From a virus (taxonomy: Duplodnaviria > Heunggongvirae > Uroviricota > Caudoviricetes): a stretch of 64,000 nucleotides of DNA. The translations under genes and the position numbers were made by a program. This document shows, piece after piece, positions 59,065-64,000 of this stretch. Below the pieces are notes generated by a model that worked only from the letters and a program-made list of their open reading frames with translations, was not told the DNA's origin and did no database searches. Numbering within the stretch: position 1 is the first letter of the stretch; the number at the start of each line of letters is the position of its first letter. The DNA lies in IMG/VR virus record IMGVR_UViG_3300028048_001599; one strand, 5' to 3'.

Positions 59065-59373
59065 ATGAATTACTTATCTCCAATAATAGGATTGAACAGA
59101 AATCAGATATCAGCACTAAATCCTAATGATTGGTGTATATTTCAAGATTTAAGTTTCAACGGTTACAGTTATCTTTATCTTATGGTTTGTGCTCCAACAC
59201 TTCAAGGTTTTAAATCGAGACGTGAAGCTTTGGCAGTACTTACAAAGTATGGCGTTCGTAACACACGTGAGAACTCACAGCAAGTAAGAGTTGGTGTATT
59301 TACAATAAGAGAAGTAGCGAACATGTTCATGAATAAGGCATACCAAGTAGTTGGGGTTGATTTGCAGATTTAG
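59065..59373 (+). CDS. Hypothetical protein
   Basis: 102 aa ORF with RBS AAGGAG. Confidence 0.7.
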   Translation: MNYLSPIIGLNRNQISALNPNDWCIFQDLSFNGYSYLYLMVCAPTLQGFKSRREALAVLTKYGVRNTRENSQQVRVGVFTIREVANMFMNKAYQVVGVDLQI

Positions 59374-59486
59374 GATTCTGAAAATACTTGAAAGGTGTTT
59401 ACAGAATTTTCAATTTTAGGTTTTTACGTTGTCGAAACTAACAAAATTTTGTATGTCAATTTGTTGCTATTTTTATTATTTAACTG

Positions 59487-59515
59487 TTGATTTTTTCTAT
59501 TTTTTGTTGTATAAT
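59487..59515 (+). promoter_or_regulatory. Sigma-A promoter of the HTH-tnpB unit
   Basis: TTGATT-17-TATAAT. Confidence 0.6.
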
Positions 59516-59547
59516 AGAATAAATTGAAAGAAAGTGGTGAGTGGTTT

Positions 59548-59817
59548 ATGAAAAAACCTACAAAATTGCAATACTATAGGAAATTTGTGAATGGGTTTAC
59601 AGTAAACGAATTATCAGCTATAACAGGTATAACAGTAAGTTCAATAAATAAGTACGAAACAGGGGTAATGGATTTGAATAATGCATCTATTACTATTGTT
59701 AAAAGACTTGCAAGAGCATTAAATTGTACAACAGATGATTTAACAGACTCACTTGATGACATAGACAAGGGGTTGAATAGTTATGATAAGAACAGTAACA
59801 ATAAGGTTAAGACCTGA
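59548..59817 (+). CDS. Xre/Cro-type HTH regulator, paralog of 13902-14108
   Basis: YYRK..FTVNELSAITGITVSSINKYETG..NAS..VKRLARALNCTTDDL; 3' end overlaps the tnpB start. Confidence 0.85.
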   Translation: MKKPTKLQYYRKFVNGFTVNELSAITGITVSSINKYETGVMDLNNASITIVKRLARALNCTTDDLTDSLDDIDKGLNSYDKNSNNKVKT

Positions 59818-60898
59818 TAAACTACAAAGTAATAAAATGATGCGAATAGCTGGTTGTAGTAGGTTTTGTTATAATGAACTCCTTAAATATTGGGATTCAT
59901 ATTATACTGAAGTAGATTGTAGTCCATCTGTATATGAATTGCGCGATTATGTAACAATGTTAAAACAACAATACGTGTGGTTAAATGAGTTACCATATCA
60001 CACGATGAATGGAGTAATAAAGAACTTACAGACTGCATTTAGTAAATTCTTCAAAAATAAAATTGACCATCCTTCTATACATAAGAGGAATAGTAACCAT
60101 ATATCCTTTCCCATTAGGACAGATAGGATAAAATTTTGTGGTAATGTTATAGTAATTCCGAGCATAGGAAGAATGAGATTCAAGAACATATCTAAGTATG
60201 AATTAAATGGTATAAAAACCGCGTCACTTGTGTATGATGGTTTATGTTGGTACTTAAAAATAGCAACATGTGTATATACTAACACATGTTGTCAAAAACA
60301 AGGTAAGATAGGTATAGACTTGGGGTATCGAACACTTGCAAGTGCCTACGATGGAACTGATACTTACACCTATGAAAACATAATGAATGAAGATGAGACT
60401 GAGGGTTCTGACCATATACAAAAGTTAGAAAAAAGACTACAAGTCATAGATAAAATAATCTCAGATAAAAAGAAACTCAATAAAACATCAAATAACATAA
60501 ATAAGTTATATTATAAACGTGCGAAACTAAAAAGACGTATGGCAAATATACAAAGAACATATCAGCATATTATATCAAAGTATATTATAAGTAGACGACC
60601 TATGAAGATTATATTTGAAACATTAGATATATCAGAACAAAAAGCAAAGGATAATATACTACCCAATAGATATAAATTGACTGCATTGTACCAATTCTAC
60701 ACATTTATAATATACAAGGCTGAGGAATTAGGTATACAGATTATTCGTGTTGATAAATATTATCCATCAACAAAGCGATGTTGTAAATGTGGTGCAATAA
60801 ATGAAGTTGGTGTAAGTAAGGTATATACATGTAAAAATTGTAATCTGAAGATAGATAGGGATATAAATGCTTCAATAAACTTATATAATTATGTTTAA
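59783..60898 (+). CDS. tnpB: Divergent TnpB/Cas12f-like RNA-guided endonuclease (IS607-type), no cognate transposase
   Basis: MIRTVTIRLRP..AGCSRFCYN N-terminus; RuvC GIDLG / IFETL / DRDINASINL intact; YPSTKRC..C..C..C zinc finger. Confidence 0.85.
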   Translation: MIRTVTIRLRPDKLQSNKMMRIAGCSRFCYNELLKYWDSYYTEVDCSPSVYELRDYVTMLKQQYVWLNELPYHTMNGVIKNLQTAFSKFFKNKIDHPSIHKRNSNHISFPIRTDRIKFCGNVIVIPSIGRMRFKNISKYELNGIKTASLVYDGLCWYLKIATCVYTNTCCQKQGKIGIDLGYRTLASAYDGTDTYTYENIMNEDETEGSDHIQKLEKRLQVIDKIISDKKKLNKTSNNINKLYYKRAKLKRRMANIQRTYQHIISKYIISRRPMKIIFETLDISEQKAKDNILPNRYKLTALYQFYTFIIYKAEELGIQIIRVDKYYPSTKRCCKCGAINEVGVSKVYTCKNCNLKIDRDINASINLYNYV

Positions 60899-61015
60899 TG
60901 TCTAAATAACACAGATAATAGCAATAAACAGTCGTTTCCGTAACACGACTGTATAAATTAGCCTATAACATAGGTAGGTTGCTTTCACGCAACGGTAAAG
61001 TTGATTTTTCAATAT
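60899..61015 (+). ncRNA. Putative compact omegaRNA of the second TnpB
   Basis: Three hairpins (ACAGTCGT/ACGACTGT, CCTAT/ATAGG, GTTGC/GCAAC) ending GCAACGG at 60995, resembling IS607 right ends; putative guide 60996-61015. Confidence 0.5.
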
Positions 61016-61042
61016 TTTCAATTTTATTTTACGGTGATTTAG

Positions 61043-61384
61043 ATGGATATTAAGACTGAAGTTAGAAAAAATATCGTCATAACCAATAAGTTATCTACAC
61101 ACCTTATGAAATTGTACGGTAGAGAACTACCAAACGGTACTACGGAATATTACTACATAGATCGAAAATGGTACTATCACAAGTTAGTTATTGTATCATC
61201 AACAATCAAAGAAAATGGGGTAAATAGACACTACATCATGGATATAAAATGTAATAATGCAGTAGGTTTCGCCGAAATGTCAGGTGAAATATATTACGGT
61301 ATTGAAAGAATAGCAACATTAAGTAATTGTATTCAATACTTAAGAATGAATTACGGAAAACTAGTCAAAAAGGAAACAATATAA
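61043..61384 (+). CDS. Hypothetical protein
   Basis: 113 aa ORF. Confidence 0.65.
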   Translation: MDIKTEVRKNIVITNKLSTHLMKLYGRELPNGTTEYYYIDRKWYYHKLVIVSSTIKENGVNRHYIMDIKCNNAVGFAEMSGEIYYGIERIATLSNCIQYLRMNYGKLVKKETI

Positions 61385-61388
61385 AGGA

Positions 61389-61853
61389 GTGAAAACAATG
61401 ACAAAGGAAGAACGTATAAGTTTAGCATGTAACATAATAAATAAAAACGAGAGTGTTGGCAAATCTACGATACTGAATTATAAGTTCACTAATTCAAAGT
61501 CCCATGGATTACCTGTATGTACATTAAGACTCGGAGATTCTTGGGTTGTGACCCATAGTGGTACAGGTTGTGACTTGTTAGGTGGTTGTCTTGGTGATAT
61601 AATTGCGGAGTTAGGACGTAAACAACTTAAGGCTATAGCGATTAAAAATGGTACTTACGGTTATGGCTCAGTAAACGGGGTATATGGTCTGTCATACTAC
61701 AATGATAAAGTCGAAATAAACGGTCGAGCAGGGGTATCTGTCGTTGCAAATATAGCATCTCTTATCGGTTACACGATAGATATTAATAATTTCACTTCTA
61801 ACGGAAGACCAATAAAAAATGGTGGTATGATTCGCATTAAAAAGCAAGGTTAA
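61389..61853 (+). CDS. Hypothetical protein
   Basis: RBS AAAGGAG; likely start ATG 61398. Confidence 0.7.
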   Translation: MKTMTKEERISLACNIINKNESVGKSTILNYKFTNSKSHGLPVCTLRLGDSWVVTHSGTGCDLLGGCLGDIIAELGRKQLKAIAIKNGTYGYGSVNGVYGLSYYNDKVEINGRAGVSVVANIASLIGYTIDINNFTSNGRPIKNGGMIRIKKQG

Positions 61854-62027
61854 TTTTTCAAAAGTTTTCTTAACTTCTGAAAAATCAGATTACATGAAGA
61901 ATTTACAAGTTTAAAAACCTATCAACTTTTATAGTTTAAACTATTGTAACTTTTTCTAATTTTAACCTCGTTCGTCTGATGTTGAATTGATGGTATCAAA
62001 TAATTTACAGTAGAATTATTTTAATAA

Positions 62028-62417
62028 TTGTTATTTTTCAAACTACATGGGGAGATGATTATTTTGGACATTAAGATTGTAGAAGTAACCACAAAAAGAG
62101 ACTTGGACAGTTTATATGACGACTGGGCTCTAACACTTGAAGGTTTGGATTTAGCAAGTATCCCCGAATTTGTAAACTGGGTCATGCAATATACAACATT
62201 TAAAAGTGCTACAGTTAGAGTATATGTAACAAGAGGTGCTACAATGAATAAGTATTATGGTTTAAGTGGTAACAATCGTTATCCCGATGATTTAAACATA
62301 GTTTCAATCAAGAACTCATCAATGGTCAACAGTAATGCTGTTGCTATACCCAGATTTCAAGTAGGAGGACGTTGGTTCACGGATATAGTTGATAATAACG
62401 CAGTTCGCAATAATTAA
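62028..62417 (+). CDS. Hypothetical protein
   Basis: ORF of ~115-129 aa, start uncertain; C-terminal GGRWFTDIVDNN. Confidence 0.65.
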   Translation: MLFFKLHGEMIILDIKIVEVTTKRDLDSLYDDWALTLEGLDLASIPEFVNWVMQYTTFKSATVRVYVTRGATMNKYYGLSGNNRYPDDLNIVSIKNSSMVNSNAVAIPRFQVGGRWFTDIVDNNAVRNN

Positions 62418-62470
62418 TACGTTATCTTATTATAATAAAAAGGTTTTTTCCAAATAATTTTAAGAAAGGG

Positions 62471-63409
62471 ATGTTTTATATGACTAAAATGAAATCAAGA
62501 ATCTGTGCAGGGTTACTGGCAGTATTAACTCTTGTAGGTACATCAGCAGCATTAGGGGTAGTACCTGGTATTACTACAGAAAACAGTTTATCAATCACAG
62601 CTGATGCAGCCACAGTGCTTCCTACAAAGAAACTTACGAACAATGCATATCTTGCTATTTATGACACAAATACATCGAATGTTCTTAGGGGGTACATTGA
62701 TGGAAAGTTCACACTCAAATCTGTAACTGGTGCAACGAGTATAATTAAAAGCAAACAGATTAAGTACGACTCAAAAACCAACAGAACAAATGTCACTGTT
62801 ACTTTAAATGTAAAACCTTATAATAATTACAAGGCTTATTTTAATGGAACAGTAACAAAAGGTGGTAAGACATCTAATATGAAGTTTATTGTAGAGAACC
62901 ATCTTCATTGGACTGATAATGTAGTGCAATATTACGGGGTAGGTTATAAAAATGGTAAACCTGAATCTCAGTTTATACCTGAAGGTATTTGCGATTACCC
63001 ATCAGAAATATCACCGTTAAAATCATCAGTTGTTAGGTTATGCACAATGACGGACAGTAAAGGTAAAATAACTGACGTTAGTGTAACTGCACTCAAGGCT
63101 GGAACAGTAAACATTAATAAGGTATATTCAAGTGCAGGGGTACTTTATACACAAACTATAAAGGTTGTTTCAGGCAAAGTTTACAAGTCAAACAAAACCT
63201 TAAACGTAAAGAAATCTTGGACAAACAAGGCTAGTATGGATATTAGGAGCATTAAAGTTTCCAATAAACACGTATTTGCAGTTCAGGACTTCGACTTTAG
63301 TAAAGACTTGAAAACTTACATAGTAAGGGGAGTATCAAAAGGTACTGCAAAGGTAACTGTATGGTATATGAACGGTAGTAGGTCTGAAATAACTGTCACT
63401 GTTAAATAA
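62471..63409 (+). CDS. Secreted protein with Ig-like beta domains
   Basis: Signal peptide and SITADAA processing-like site; ALKAGTVNI and GVSKGTAKVTV Ig-like motifs. Confidence 0.75.
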   Translation: MFYMTKMKSRICAGLLAVLTLVGTSAALGVVPGITTENSLSITADAATVLPTKKLTNNAYLAIYDTNTSNVLRGYIDGKFTLKSVTGATSIIKSKQIKYDSKTNRTNVTVTLNVKPYNNYKAYFNGTVTKGGKTSNMKFIVENHLHWTDNVVQYYGVGYKNGKPESQFIPEGICDYPSEISPLKSSVVRLCTMTDSKGKITDVSVTALKAGTVNINKVYSSAGVLYTQTIKVVSGKVYKSNKTLNVKKSWTNKASMDIRSIKVSNKHVFAVQDFDFSKDLKTYIVRGVSKGTAKVTVWYMNGSRSEITVTVK

Positions 63410-63431
63410 CAAATAATTACACGTATAGTAT

Positions 63432-63467
63432 CAAGAAAACCAACGAGATAACTCGTTGGTTTTCTTG
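63432..63467 (+). terminator. Rho-independent (bidirectional) terminator
   Basis: CAAGAAAACCAACGAG-ATAA-CTCGTTGGTTTTCTTG perfect 16-bp stem. Confidence 0.8.
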
Positions 63468-63490
63468 GGGTATGACTGGAGGTGTTATCT

Positions 63491-64000
63491 ATGTACTTTA
63501 TTGTGGGAAAGAACATAGACTCGCATGGTGATTTACTTTCATATATTGTATCAGACGGTAATAATATAGCTATTGCACATATTAACGAAATATGTTCTCA
63601 ATTCAAATGTGGTAATTTACCTATGGTTGATAGTATAGATATGTATACAGGTGAAGTACATTTTAAAAACATAGATAACAAATTGTTGCCAACATATGAC
63701 TATGATAAATTGACCACAAATACATTGTCTGTACTAAAAATATACCATATGGGAGAAAAGCAAATAGGAGTAAAAATCTTAACACCTAAGTTGACTTTAT
63801 CAAACATTCGCATATTCGTATTAAAACGATTATTAGACACTCATAATATCAAGCTATTCAATGTAAAGATAGTGGACGGGGTAGTAATTCCTAAATTCGG
63901 TAAACTACCAGTTGAGGACGTGCTAAAATTACCTGAATGTATTACCTTTGAGTTTCATGAAATAACAGATGAAATAGTTACGGTGAAAGTAAACTCAGAA
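63491..64000 (+). CDS. Hypothetical protein, runs off the window end
   Basis: RBS GGAGGTG, ATG at 63491, frame open to 64000 (MYFIVGKNIDSHG...). Confidence 0.65.
   Translation, partial: MYFIVGKNIDSHGDLLSYIVSDGNNIAIAHINEICSQFKCGNLPMVDSIDMYTGEVHFKNIDNKLLPTYDYDKLTTNTLSVLKIYHMGEKQIGVKILTPKLTLSNIRIFVLKRLLDTHNIKLFNVKIVDGVVIPKFGKLPVEDVLKLPECITFEFHEITDEIVTVKVNSE

Noticed and set aside
59482-59501. Putative guide 60996-61015 targeting its own promoter (shared GTTGATTTTT), or sites near 2805 and 5001
   Set aside because: Only 10-11 nt matches in AT-rich DNA, with 5' seed mismatches at the promoter site; expected by chance.
59783-60898. Second TnpB as a nuclease-dead TldR-type repressor
   Set aside because: All three RuvC acidic residues (GIDLG, IFETL, DRD) are present; the same holds for the TnpB at 25116.
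252-63516. Numerous short antisense or alternate-frame ORFs in the track (e.g. 252-662, 1416-1823, 22013-22360, 37700-38131, 43269-43745)
   Set aside because: They are shadows of longer, motif-bearing plus-strand genes and have no recognisable features of their own.
1-64000. Alternative genetic code (stop-codon reassignment as in some gut jumbo phages)
   Set aside because: Long ORFs are intact under code 11, and TAA, TAG and TGA all end genes ahead of terminators or the next RBS.
1-64000. tRNA/rRNA genes, diversity-generating retroelement, phage structural genes
   Set aside because: No cloverleaf or rRNA-like sequence, reverse transcriptase, TR/VR pair, capsid, terminase or portal motifs were recognised by eye.

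Overview
This is an AT-rich, gene-dense window with almost all genes on the + strand and no ribosomal or core metabolic genes. It most likely comes from a very large Firmicutes (Clostridia-like) extrachromosomal element, either a megaplasmid or a jumbo phage; no virion genes are recognisable here. Recognisable cargo includes a ParM/StbA actin-like partition module, a stand-alone 5'-3' flap exonuclease, sortase-type and lipoprotein surface proteins, a metallophosphoesterase, a nucleotidyltransferase, FtsH, an AAA/DUF4143-type ATPase, a PD-(D/E)XK nuclease, a GIY-YIG protein, an MmeI-like Type IIL R-M enzyme, one intact-looking tnpB-only IS200/IS605 element and many hypothetical proteins. Three observations stand out. 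(1) Several parts of RNA-guided transposons appear domesticated: a stand-alone omegaRNA-like scaffold with its own strong promoter and no adjacent tnpB (39285-39450), an Xre-HTH plus IS607-type tnpB plus omegaRNA unit with no transposase (59487-61015), and an IS607 TnpA-like protein lacking the catalytic serine (45950-46483). (2) The hexamer GGGGTA is strongly enriched and strand-polarised (about 100 copies on +, none seen on -). (3) Several enzyme homologues look catalytically degenerate (FtsK-like, PolA-like). All family assignments come from motif recognition by eye and counts are manual; no database searches were run.
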